Shown one piece after another: positions 46,301-58,400 of a stretch of 64,000 nt of DNA (its first letter is position 1; each line of letters begins with the position of its first letter). The position numbers and the translations under genes were made by a program. This DNA comes from Squalus acanthias. Its lineage: Eukaryota. The stretch is taken from the NCBI GenBank assembly GCA_030390025.1, contig CM059431.1, positions 139,812,001 to 139,876,000 on the forward strand, given 5' to 3'. A model generated the notes under the pieces. That model worked only from the letters and a program-made list of their open reading frames with translations. It made no database searches and had not been told where the DNA came from.

Positions 46301-48709
46301 TGGTGGATTTATTGGAGAGTGTGATGGGCTGTGTCATTGATGTGTTAAGATAAAGTACCGACGCCCTGCGGGGAATGGTCAGCTCGCCCAATGGCGGTTC
46401 ACTGCCCGAGAGCTGCGCTCTGCTTTGTGCTACTGACTGTTCAGTTTTTCTGCTTCCTTCTCCTACACACGTTGACAGTCCGGTGACTGTCATTCGCCCC
46501 TGCATCTCGAGAAGAGGGTGCGATGCTCAGACACATGGACTGCTGCAGTTAATGTCGGTCTATGTGGGCAACAGCGAGAAGGAGCCTCACCAATGGGCGC
46601 ATCTTAATCAGTGAGGAAACAGCAATAAATATAATGTATTGCAATTAAATTATCAGACATTCAATGGCCTGTATTTGCTGATTCGATAAAGACTGTAAAA
46701 TCCCGACTTTCTCACAAGGATCAGTTCTAGATTCTCCAGTCCTTAGGGAATTACTAACCGATTCTCTTATTATTGGTCATATTTGTGTTGAATCTGCTGC
46801 TCTCTGGTTTAACTGAACTGTTTGCTTCCCTTCATTACGGAGCAACAACATAATCCGTGACTGCTCTACAATTCGCCCAACAGTTAGAGACAAATAAACA
46901 GTTACCTCAACACCCGGCATTTGTGCAGTACGGGTCCCAGCCGCTGGATTCCTTCACACTGAATGTGGGAGTTCACTAGATTGAGTTCATTTATTGTATC
47001 ACAGAGTCCAATGACATGAGACAGGACCACACAGTCAATCGGGGTCAATCTCAATCCCCCAAATTCAAGTGTTTCCACAGATCCCACTGTGGCCCGAGCC
47101 AGTGCTTTATTTTGAGACTCAAACAGGTAGTGGAATGTGTTCAGGAGGTCCCTTTTACCAGTTTCACTCCCCTTTTTTCCCATCTGTCCTTCAACCTCCT
47201 CTTTCACCCAGTCAATCACTCGGCATGTTGTTTGATGAAGAAATGGACCCAGAATCTCCTCCAGGGGCCGAGCTGCCTGTGCGGAGGAGAGACCTGCAAC
47301 AAAACGGAGAAATATCTCAAATCGCCCATCTTCCTTGCTGTGGGCTTCTCTGAGGAGTTTCAGGATGTCCCCGGGATCTGCAGTCAGGAATTGTGAGAGT
47401 GCGGCTACAAACTCTTGGATGGTGAGGTGCGGGAATGTGTACACCACGCTCTGGGCAGAATAATCTCTCTCCAAAAGTTCCATCATAAACCCAGAGAGGA
47501 ACTGGGAAGGTTGCAGATTGCAACTGATCAAATCTCCATTTCTAAACACAATCTTCTTCTCGGAGACTCCTGTGAAAGCCATTTCACCAATTTTCAGTAA
47601 CTCATCTCGGGGCATTTCAATCTCTCGGCCATGGTTTTTCAGAATGTTGTAAATATAGTAGGAATATAGTTGGGTGATGGTCTTGGGAACTCGCTGCTGT
47701 TTCCTGTCTCTTTGTGTAAAGAAGGGATCCAGTGCCAGACCGAGGATAAAGCAGTAGGAAGGGTTGTAGCACATGGTGTACAGGATCTCGTTCTCCTCCA
47801 CGTGTTTGAAAACAGCTGCTGCCACCGTCTGATCTTCAAAAAACTTGTTGAAATATTCCTTCCGTTCTTCACCAACAAATCCCAAAATTTCAGCCCAGAT
47901 ACTGATCTCAGCCTTTTCCAATAAATGTAATGCAGTGGGGCGGCTGGTCACTAGCACTGAACACCCTGGGAGCAGCTTGTGCTGTATTAAACTGTACACA
48001 ATGTCAGACACTTCACACCAGCATTCGGGATCTGTGCACATGGACTGAGGTTCTGTATTTCTCCGATTGTCAGCAAAATCGATCCTATCCTTGAATTCAT
48101 CCAAACCATCGAATATAAACAGCAATCCCTCTGGGTTCTTCCAGAGCTCCCTAAGAATATTTCCAAAGTAAGGATACTGATCCAGTATTAGATTCCTCAG
48201 GTTTATTCTACAGTTAATAGCGTTCAAATCCCGAAATTTAAAACTGAAAACAAATTGAAAGTGTGGGTATATTTTCCCAGTGGCCCAGTCATGAACAATC
48301 TTCTGTACCATTGTTGTTTTTCCAATCGCCGGGACTCCGCTCACTGCTGCTGACCTCCCCCACTCTTCACTCACTGCTGCTGAACTCCCAGAATTGGATC
48401 GCCGGAAGAAACCCTTCATTTTCAGGAACAAACTTCCTCTCCGGGAAAAACTGCTCTGGAACAATTGATCAGTTCGGACTTTTTCCAGTTCTCTCCGGAG
48501 ATGTTCCACTCTCCACTCTTCATGGTCTCGGCCTCTTGCCAGCAGTTCATGTTCTACAAGTGTCCGATCTCGAACAGTAGAAATGACCGTTAGCTCAGCG
48601 AATCGATCAACCAGCTGGAAAACCTTAACCTTCTCCTTTATTAGGATAGTGTTCACTCTCAATGTTTCAGTTTGTACCCGGAGTGTTTCCTTGTGTTTCT
48701 GTTGTACAT
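43374..48709 (-). CDS. NLRC3-like NACHT-LRR immune receptor, 5'-incomplete. Exons 48709-46906, 45343-45257, 45128-44958, 44788-44618, 44317-44150, 43476-43374
   Basis: Walker [10 protein letters not shown], Walker [30 protein letters not shown]; ribonuclease-inhibitor-type LRR exons of 87/171/171/168 bp with phase-2 GT-AG introns; TAA at 43376-43374. Confidence 0.93.
43537..44029 (+). mobile_element. RTE-clade LINE 3' fragment in the last NLR intron, probable 9-bp TSD
   Basis: Same family as 34637-35070; (AAG)n tail; AAATAACAG at 43528-43536 and 44030-44038. Confidence 0.88.
44150..45343 (-). CDS. Four LRR exons of NLR gene (e.g. [25 protein letters not shown])
   Basis: Consensus splice sites; frame preserved across all four. 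Confidence 0.9.
46906..48709 (-). CDS. NACHT/helical-domain exon of NLR gene
   Basis: ttccaattgaag acceptor (phase 1), AG|gtaact donor, open frame. Confidence 0.93.
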
Positions 48710-48937
48710 CTTCAATTGGAACAGATGGAAAATGGTTCTCAGTATTAGTTGTATTGACATAAAAACAACTTCTCAATACCATTTCACCATTCAGTAAAAT
48801 GATGCAAGATTTAATTGGCAGTTTCGATAGAGATGCATATAGAAATTAAACCTCAGTTAGTGGCTGAGAACTGTTTCAAATACTCACTTGATTCTAATAT
48901 TTACTGGGAAATATGGAATAGAATATCAGTGGGATAA

Positions 48938-49292
48938 GAACAGACTGTGAATGGTCAAGTGTCCCACTGTTATTGTATCATAACTTGGGCAGGATATCTG
49001 GGGTATTGTGTGAATTGTGATTTGGACAGATTGTGAATGGTCAAGTGTCCCACTGTTACTGTATCAGACCTTGGGCAGGTTATCTGGGGCATTGTGTGAA
49101 TTGTGAGTGGGACAGACTGTGAATGGTCAAGTGTCCCACTGTTACTGTATCAGACCTAGGGCAGGTTATGTGGGGCATTGTGTGAATTGTGAGTGGGACA
49201 GACTGTGAATGGTCAAGTGTCCCACTGTTACTGGATCAGACCTAGGGCAGTTTATCTGGGGCATTGTGTGAATTGTGAGTGGGACAGTCTGC
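48938..49292 (+). repeat. 86-bp tandem repeat, about 4 units; diverged units continue at about 49860-50010
   Basis: gtgaatggtcaagtgtcccactg at 48947, 49033, 49119, 49205. Confidence 0.9.
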
Positions 49293-49304
49293 GATTGGAT
49301 GGAC

Positions 49305-49857
49305 GTTCCACTCGGCGTTCTATTTAACCATTGGCTGAGTTTCCGACCCCATATCCACTCCATCACGAAGTCTGCCTACTTCCACCTCTGCCATATCGTC
49401 AGTCTCCACCCTTGCCTCAGCTCATCTGCTGCTGCAACCCTCATCCGTGCTCTTCATTACATCCGGACTCGACTATTCCAATGGCCTCCTGGTTGGCCTC
49501 CCACCTTACACCCTCCATAAACAAGCTCATTTAAAACTCTGCTGCCCATGTCAGAATTTGCATCAATCCTGTTTACCCATTACCCATGTGCTACATTGGC
49601 TGCCGGTCAGGCAACGTCTCGATTTAAAAATTGTCATTCTTATTTTCGAATCCCTCCATGTCCTAGCCACCCCCCCCCCCCCGCCCCGTTATCTCTGCAA
49701 CCTCCTCCAGCCACACAATCCTCCGAGTTAACTGTGCTCCTTCAATTCATGCCCCTTTCGCATATCGGATTTACTTCGCTCCATCATTGGCGGCCGTGCC
49801 TTCAGCTGCCAGGACGCTGAGCTCAGGAATTCCCATCCTAAACCTTTCCTTCCCTTA
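49305..49857 (+). mobile_element. L2 LINE 3' fragment
   Basis: LGVLF..LSFRPHIHSITKSAYFHL, LDYSNGLL, LHWLPVRQRLDLKI. Confidence 0.85.
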
Positions 49858-50675
49858 ACAGAAGGTTCACTGCAAATGTCTCAGTGTTTGGACGGGTTAA
49901 CTCGGGTATTGTGTGCACTGAGAGATGGACAGTCTGTGAATAGACAGGAGGTAAATTGTTATTGTTTCAGGACTTGCGCAGGTTATCCAATGTATTGTGT
50001 ACACTGAGAATGATGATTTAAGGTATTCAGAGTTTAGGCTGTGAAAAGATTTGATGAGTTTTGTTTGGTCACGAGACTTCGGTATTGAAATGTTTTAATG
50101 GAATTCACAAAATTAATGGAGGAAACAGGCTCACAATAAGCAAAATAATTAATAATGGAGTGCATTGAAAGTCAGTAGTAAGAAGGTAAATCAGGGTACT
50201 TTTGTCACCCAAGTTAATAGATCGGCTGGACCAGTTGCCAGTGAAGGACAGTAAGGGACCTCGTTAGACGGGGTAGGGACAATTGAAAGCATTTGTGTAG
50301 ATACACGGAGAGGAGGGGTAGGTGGGTCATCTCTAAAACAGGGACAGGCTTATTTTGGGTCAAATACCCAGTTTCTGTACCTAATCATTCTCCTGTTATA
50401 ATGAGCCGGATTTTCCGATCCCACGGGCGCGTACGAGGTGTGTACGCACCCGTAGGCCTCGCAAGTGCCGGTTTCAGGCAATAGAAGTTCATGGGTTGAA
50501 AACAGGCACTTCCCATCTGTCATAATCCGCCTGCCCGGGAGAAGTGCCTCTGCGGATGGAGAGTTACATAGAAACTAGGAGCAGGAGTAGGCCATTCGGC
50601 CCGTCGAGCCTGCTCCACCATTCAATACGATCATGGCTGATCATCCAAATCCAGTACCCTGTCCCTGCTTTCTCA

Positions 50676-50952
50676 CACAGAATCCCCATCGAGCCTGCAC
50701 CGACACATATCCCATCCTATCCCCGTAACCCCACATATTTAATCCCCCCCTAACACTAAGGGTCAATTTATCATAGCCAAATCAACCTAACCCGCACATT
50801 TTTGGACTGTGGGAGGAAACCGGAGCACCCGGAGAAAACCCACGCAGACACGGGGAGAATGTGCAAACTCCACACAGACAGTCACCCGAGGCCAGCTTCG
50901 AACCCGGGTCCCCTAGCGCTGTGAGGCACCAGTGCTAACCACTATGCCACCG
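50676..50952 (-). mobile_element. tRNA-derived V-SINE (HE1-like); an adjacent CR1 tail lies at 50566-50672
   Basis: Minus strand: ggtggcatagtggttagcac A box, ggttcgaa B box, V-domain tgtggagtttgcacattctccccgtgtctgcgtggg...ctccggtttcctcccaca. Confidence 0.85.
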
Positions 50953-53021
50953 AGTTGCGCTTTTTGAATAACTTCCGCCCGCTGAAAGGCCATAGAATTC
51001 TTATGCCTGGTAAAAGCAGTGATGAAAAATAGAAAAATTAAATTTGATAACTCATGTATAAATTAAAAGTACTCTTCAAAAAAAGGTAAGTTTATTTTTA
51101 GCCCCGTAAAAATATTTAAATTTTTTGTTCAAAAATTTAATTTTTAATTTTTTTTAACTAAATGGAATTTTAGTTAATTTTAATTTAGTGATTTTTTTTA
51201 AATGTATTTAATGTTTTAATGTGTTGTTAAATGTGATCTCCATTCATACTTTTGACAGTTCTGTGCGTACAGACCTGTCAAAAATATGAAGGAGGTTTCC
51301 CGTCTTTGATTGGTTCGCCTAGCCCACGTGATCCCAGGGGCACACGTGATCCCAGGGGCGCTTGCGATCCGCATGCGTATCCGGAGATGCCCAGGATCGC
51401 AAGCCTCTGGACCTATGGAACATTTAGGGAGGTTTGTACATTTTTCCGATCGGAGGCATCCGCACGAAGGAAGGCTCGCAATGGAAATTGAGGGCCATTG
51501 CTTTTCAGAAATTGCGAACAATTTTTTCAGCAGTTTCACACATAGGTTGATTGAAAGTGTTTTATAACAATCCGCTGTCATGTCACCGATTAGGTACAGA
51601 AATAGAACTATAGCCCACTTCACTCAATTTAATGTTAGAGCAGAAAACATTTACAGTTCATTTGAAATGTTCTACCATTAATTATACGCCGTTGTTTAAT
51701 TTTGGTCTTAGTTTCCTATACTTCAGGTTTGGGAACTAACATATGTTTCCATTAGTCATTACATTGTGTCTAAAAAGACTCGTGAATTGAAGGACTATTC
51801 TTTGAGTAGAATAATGTTCGCTCTTTCACTGCATTTGGGAAGCTAGACAATGACCTCCTAGTCAGCCTGAACATTATGGCCCGGATTTTGCTGTAATAAT
51901 AATGGCGAGACTTTCATCGCTCGCCGTTATTACTGGGCAAAATTTACAGCAACTTCTTGTGACTGCACATGCGCAGTTATAGGTGGAAATCCAGAAGTTG
52001 CTGTCAGAGATACCCTGCTCTTCCACAAGAGGCGCTGTGACAGTCCTCGCCGATAGGGTCGGCATTGAAATCACTGCAATGGCGTAAACTTGGGGTACTT
52101 ACCCAGTAGTTCCACACTAAAGACAGCTGAAAGATTTAGGGCGAGTGCATTCAGGGGTAAGTGAGTTTTTAAACGGAGTAATATGTGATAATTACTGCTG
52201 AACAATCTTTCTGGCACAGAAAAAATAATTATAAATGTGTGGAGTCTCATACCCACAGAAGAAAATTAATGTTGCTGATTTAAAATATATATATATGTTT
52301 GGATATTTATTTTTCTGTTTGTCTCCTTTATTTCTCTTCCTTAATCCCATGTATATTTCTCAACCTTTATTTCATTTTCTCTACATGATATAAATGAAAT
52401 TAATATTTTCTGTTTTATAAATCCTGGTTTGGAATCTGAATTTCTCAGTGAGGATACTTCCATGTGATTGGTTGAAGAGCCTCGCTGTTTCTTCGTCTTC
52501 TCACTGTCCACAGATCCCCTGTAGAGGGCTGGAAAAGACAACTGATGGCAGCATGTCTGTGCTGTAAAGATGGTCAAATCTTTGTGGGTAGCTGTCCACG
52601 TGCCTTTGACGCTGTTTTGTAATCCTGCCATGTGTGTGCGGGATTTTGCAGTGTATCGGGATGCTGCCAGGTCTGTATGGGGTTTCACGGTGTATCGGGA
52701 GCCTGCAAAGTGTGTATAGGGTTTTCACAGTGTATCAGGATACTGCCAGGTGTGTATGGGGTTTCAGAGTGTATCAGGATACTGCCAGGTGTGTATGGGG
52801 TTTCACAGTGTATCAGCATCCTGCCAGGTGTGTATGGGGTTTCACAATGTATCGGAATGCTGCCAGGTGTGTATGGGGTCTGACCGGGTATCAGAAACGT
52901 GCTAGGTGTCTATGGGGTTTCGCAGTGTATCATAAACCTGCCAGGTGTGTATGGGGATTCACAGTGTATCAGGATCCTGCCAATAGTGTATGGGGTTTCA
53001 CAGTGTATAAAGATCAGGCCA

Positions 53022-55450
53022 GGTTTCCTGGAGTGTATACGGGATGGTTTCCTGGACCAATATGTCGAGTAACCAACTAGAGATCAGGCCATCTTAGACT
53101 GGGTATTATGTAATGAGAAAGGATTAATTAGCAATCTTGTTGTGCGAGGCCTCTTGGGTCAGAGCGATCATAATATGATCAAATTCTTCATTAAGATGGA
53201 GAGTGAAGTAGTTCACTCAGAGACTAGGGTCCTGAATTTAAATAAAGGAAACTACGATGGTATGAGGCGCGAGTTCGGTAGGATTGATTGGGGAATGTCA
53301 CTCAAAGGGTTGATGGTGGAGAGGCAATGGCAAGCATTCAAAGATTACATGAATGAACTACAGAATTTGTTCATCCCAGTTTGGCATAAAAATAAAACAA
53401 AAAAGTTGAATCAACCGTGGCTAACAAAGGAAATTAGGGATAGCATAAGATCCAAGGAAAGGACATATAAATTGGCTAGAAAAAGCAGAAAATCTGAGGA
53501 TTGGGAGCAGTATAGGATTCAGCAAAGAAGGACAAAGGGATTAATTAAGAGGGGGAAAATAGAGTATGAGAGTAAGGTTGCGAGGAACATAAAAACTGAC
53601 TGCAAAAGCTTTTATAGATATGTGAAGAGGAAAAGATTGGTGAAGTCAAGCGTAGGTCCCTTGCAGTCAGAATCAGGGGAATTTATAATGGGGAACAAAA
53701 AAATGGCAGACCAATTAAATACATACTTTGGTTCTGTCTGCACAAAGGAGGACACAAATAACCTCCCAGAGATGTCGGGGAACATAGGGTCTAATGAGAA
53801 GGAGGAACTGAAAGAAATCAGTATTCGTAGGGAAATAGTGTTAGGGAAATTGACGGGATTGAAGGCCGATAAATCCCCAGAGCCTGATAATCAACATCCT
53901 AGGGTACTTAAGGAAGTGGCCCTAGAAATAATAGATGCATTGCTGGTCATCTTCCTTAATACTATAGACTCTAGAACAGTACCCATGGATTGGAGGGTAG
54001 CTAATGTTACCCCACTATTCAAAAAAGGTGGTAGAGAGAAAACGGGGAAATATAGACCAGTAAGCCTGACATCGGTCGTGGGGAAAATGCTAGAGTCCAT
54101 TATAAAAGATGTAATAGCAGAGCACTTGGAAAACAGTGACAGGATCGAATAAAGTCAACATGGATTTACAAAAGGCAAATCGAGCTTGACTAATCTACTG
54201 GAATTTTTTGAGGATATAACTGGTAAAATGGATAAGGGAGAACCAGTGGATGTGGTGTATTTGGACTTTTAGAAGGCTTTCGATAAGGTCCCGCATAAGA
54301 GATTAGCGTGTAAAGTTAAGGCACATGGGATTGGGGGCAAGGTATTGACTTGGATAGAGAACTGTTTGGCAGAAAGAAAGCAAAGAGTTGGAATAAACAG
54401 GTCTTTTTCCGAGTGACAGGTGGTGACTAGTGGGGTACCGCAGGGATCGGTCCTAGGACCCCAGCGATTCACAATATATATTAATGATCTGGACGATGGA
54501 ATTGGATGTAATATCTCCAAGTTTGCAGACGACACAAAACTGGGTGGGAGTGTGTGCCGTGAGGAGGATGCCGAGAATCTCCAGTATGATTTGGACAGGT
54601 TGGGTGATTGGGCAGAAGCATGGCAGATGCAATATAATGTCGATAAATGCGAGGTTATCCACCTTGGTGTCAAAAACAGGAAGGCAGATTATTATTTGAA
54701 TGGCAATAGATTGGGAGAAGGGGAAGTGCAACGAGACCTGGGTGTCCTTGTGCACCAATCGCTGAAGGTAAGCATGCAGGTGCAACAGGCGGTTAAGAAG
54801 GCAAATGGTATGTTGGCCTTCGTAGCGAAAGTTTTCGAGTACAGGAACATGGATGTCTTGCTGCAGTTGTACAGGGCCTCGGTGAGACCACATCTTGAGT
54901 CTTGTGTGCAGTTTTGGACGCCTTATCTGAGGAAGGATGTCCTTGCCATGGAGAGAGTACAGCGAAGATTCACCAGGCTGATACCCGGGATGGCAGGAAT
55001 GACGTATGAGGAGAGATTGGGTCGATTGGGCTTATACTCACTGGAGTTTAGAAGAATGAGAGGAGATCTCATTGAAACTTATAAAATTCTAACAGGACTA
55101 GACAGACTAGATGCAGGAAGGATGTTCCCGATGGCCGTGGAGTCCAGAACCAGAGGATACAGACTAAGGATAAGGGGTAAGCATTTAGGACAGAGATGAG
55201 GAGGAATTTCTTCACCCAGAGAATGGTGAACCTGTGGAATTCTCTACCACAGAAGGCAGTAGAGGCCAATTCATTAAATATATTCAAGAAGGAGTTAGAT
55301 ATATTTCTTAAAACTAAAGGGATCAAGGGATATGGAGAGAAGGCAGGGACAGGGTACTGAATTTGGATGATCAGCCATGATCTCATTGAATGGTGGAGCA
55401 GGTTCGAGGGGCTGAATGGCCTACTCCTGCTCCTATCTTCTATGTTTCTC
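53022..55450 (+). mobile_element. 5'-truncated CR1 LINE with several stops/frameshifts
   Basis: [37 protein letters not shown]1 tail. Confidence 0.95.
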
Positions 55451-58400
55451 TGTTTGTATGGGGTTTCACAGTGTATCAGGATGCTGCCAGGTGTGTATGG
55501 GGTTTCATAGTGTATCAGGATCCTTCCAGGTGTTTATGGGGTTTCATAGTGTATCAGGATCCTGCCAGGTGTGTTTCGGGTGTCACAGTGTATCAGGACC
55601 CTGACAGTTGTGTATGGGGTTTCACAGTGTATCAGGATTCTACCAGGTATATATGGGGTTTCACCGTTTATCAGTATCCTGACAGACGTGTAGGGATTTC
55701 ACAGTGAATCAGGATCCTTCCAGGGGTGTATGGGGTTTCACACTGTATCAGGATCCTGCCAAGTGAGTATGGGGTTTAACAATGTATCGGGATGCTGCCA
55801 GTTGTTTATAGTGTCTCAGAGGGTATCAGAAACCTGCCAGGTGTCTATGGGGTTTCACAGTATATCAGGATCCTGCCAGGTGTGTATGTGGATTCAGAGT
55901 GTATCAGGATTCTGCCAGGTGTGTATGGGGTTGCACAGTTTACCAAGATCCTGCCAGGTTTGTTTGTGATTTCACAGTGTATCAGGTTTGTACCAGGTGT
56001 GTATGGGGTTTCACAGTTTATCAGCATTCTACCAGGTGTGTATGAGGTTTCACAGTGTTTCAGGATCCTGCCAGGTGTGTTTCGGGGTTCACAGTTTATC
56101 AGAAACCTGCCAGGTTTGTATGGGTTTTGACAGTCTACAGGTTCCTGCAAGTGTGCATATTGTTTCAAAGTGTATCAGGATCCTGCCAGATAAGTATGGG
56201 GTTTCACAGTCTACTGGATTCTGCCAGGTGTGTATGGAGTTTCACAGTATATCAGCATCCTGCCAGGTGTTTATGGTGTTTCACAGTGTATCAGGATCCT
56301 GCCAGTTGTGTCTGGTCTTCCACAGTGTATCGGGATGCTGCCAGGTGTGTATAGGGTTTCACAGTGTATCAGGATCCTGCCAGGTTTGTATGGGGTTTCA
56401 CAGTGTATCAGGATACTGCCAGGTGTGTATGGGTTTTCACAGCGTATCAGGATTCTACCAGGTATATATGGGGTTTCACCGTTTATCAGTATCCTGACAG
56501 ACGTGTAGGGATTTCACAGTGAATCAGGATCCTTCCAGGGGTGTATGGGGTTTCACACTGTATCAGGATCCTGCCAAGTGAGTATGGGGTTTAACAATGT
56601 ATCGGGATGCTGCCAGTTGTTTATAGTGTCTCAGAGGGTATCAGAAACCTGCCAGGTGTCTATGGGGTTTCACAGTATATCAGGATCCTGCCAGGTGTGT
56701 ATGTGGATTCAGAGTGTATCAGGATTCTGCCAGGTGTGTATGGGGTTGCACAGTTTACCAAGATCCTGCCAGGTTTGTTTGTGATTTCACAGTGTATCAG
56801 GTTTGTACCAGGTGTGTATGGGGTTTCACAGTTTATCAGCATTCTACCAGGTGTGTATGAGGTTTCACAGTGTTTCAGGATCCTGCCAGGTGTGTTTCGG
56901 GGTTCACAGTTTATCAGAAACCTGCCAGGTTTGTATGGGTTTTGACAGTCTACAGGTTCCTGCAAGTGTGCATATTGTTTCAAAGTGTATCAGGATCCTG
57001 CCAGATAAGTATGGGGTTTCACAGTCTACTGGATTCTGCCAGGTGTGTATGGAGTTTCACAGTATATCAGCATCCTGCCAGGTGTTTATGGTGTTTCACA
57101 GTGTATCAGGATCCTGCCAGTTGTGTCTGGTCTTCCACAGTGTATCGGGATGCTGCCAGGTGTGTATAGGGTTTCACAGTGTATCAGGATCCTGCCAGGT
57201 TTGTATGGGGTTTCACAGTGTATCAGGATACTGCCAGGTGTGTATGGGGTTTCACAGTGTATCGGAATGCTGCCAGGTGTGTATGGGGTTTCACAGTGTA
57301 TCAGGAACCTGCCAGATGTTTATGGGGATTCGCAGTGTATCAGGATCCTGCCAGGTGTGTATGGGGTTTCATAGCGTATCAGGACCCTAACAGTTGTGTA
57401 TGGGGTTTCACAGTGTATCAGGATTCTACCAGGTATATATGGAGTTTCACAGTTTATCAGTATCCTGACAGGCGTGTAGGGATTTCACAGTGTATCAGGA
57501 TCCTGCCAGGGGTGTATGGGATTTCACAGTGTATCAGGATGCTGCTTAGTATGATTGGGGTTTCACAGTGTATCAGGATCCTGCCAAGTGAGTATGTGGT
57601 TTAACAATGTATTGGGATGCTGCCATTTGTGTATGGTGTCTCACAGGGCATCAGAAACCTGCCAGGTGTCTATGGGGTTTCACAGTGTATCAGGAGCTTG
57701 CCAGTTGTGTATGTAGATTCACAGTGTATCAAGATCCTGCCAGGTGTGTATGGGGTTTCACAGTGTAACAGCATTCTACCAGGTGTGTATCGGGTTTCAC
57801 AGTGTATCAGGACCCTGACAGTTGTGTATGGGGTTTCACAGTGTATCAGGATTCTACCAGGTATATACAGGGTTTCACAGTGTATCAGAATCCTGACAGG
57901 CGTGTAGTTGTTTCACAGTGTATCAGGATCCTTCCAGGGGTGTATGGGGTTTCACAGTGTATCAGGAGCCTGCCAGGGGTGTGTGGGGTTTCAAAGTGTA
58001 TCAAGATGCTGCTTCGTGTGATTGGTGTTTCACAGTGTTTCAGGAACGTGCCAGGTGTGTATGGGGTTCCACAGTGTATCAGTATCCTAAAAAGATTGTA
58101 TGGGGTTTCACAGTATATCGGGATCATGACAGGTGTGTATGGGGTTTCACAGTGGATCACTATCCTGCCAGAGGTGTATGGGGTTTGACATTGTATCAGG
58201 ATCCTGCCAGGCGTGTATGGGGTTTCACAGACTACAGCATCCTGCAAGGTGTGTATGGGGTTTCACAGTGTTTCAGGATCCTGCAAGGTGTGTATGTGGT
58301 TTCACAGTTTAGCAGGATCCTTCCAGGTGTGTATGAAGTTTCACAGTGCGTCACGTTCCTGACAGGTGTGTATGGCGCTCCACAGTATGCTAGGATCCTG

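Noticed and set aside
51216..51623. ORF MKWAIVLFLYLIG... resembling a signal peptide or NLR first exon
   Set aside because: Non-ATG start, runs into a repeat-like palindromic element, no recognisable domain; NLRs are cytosolic.
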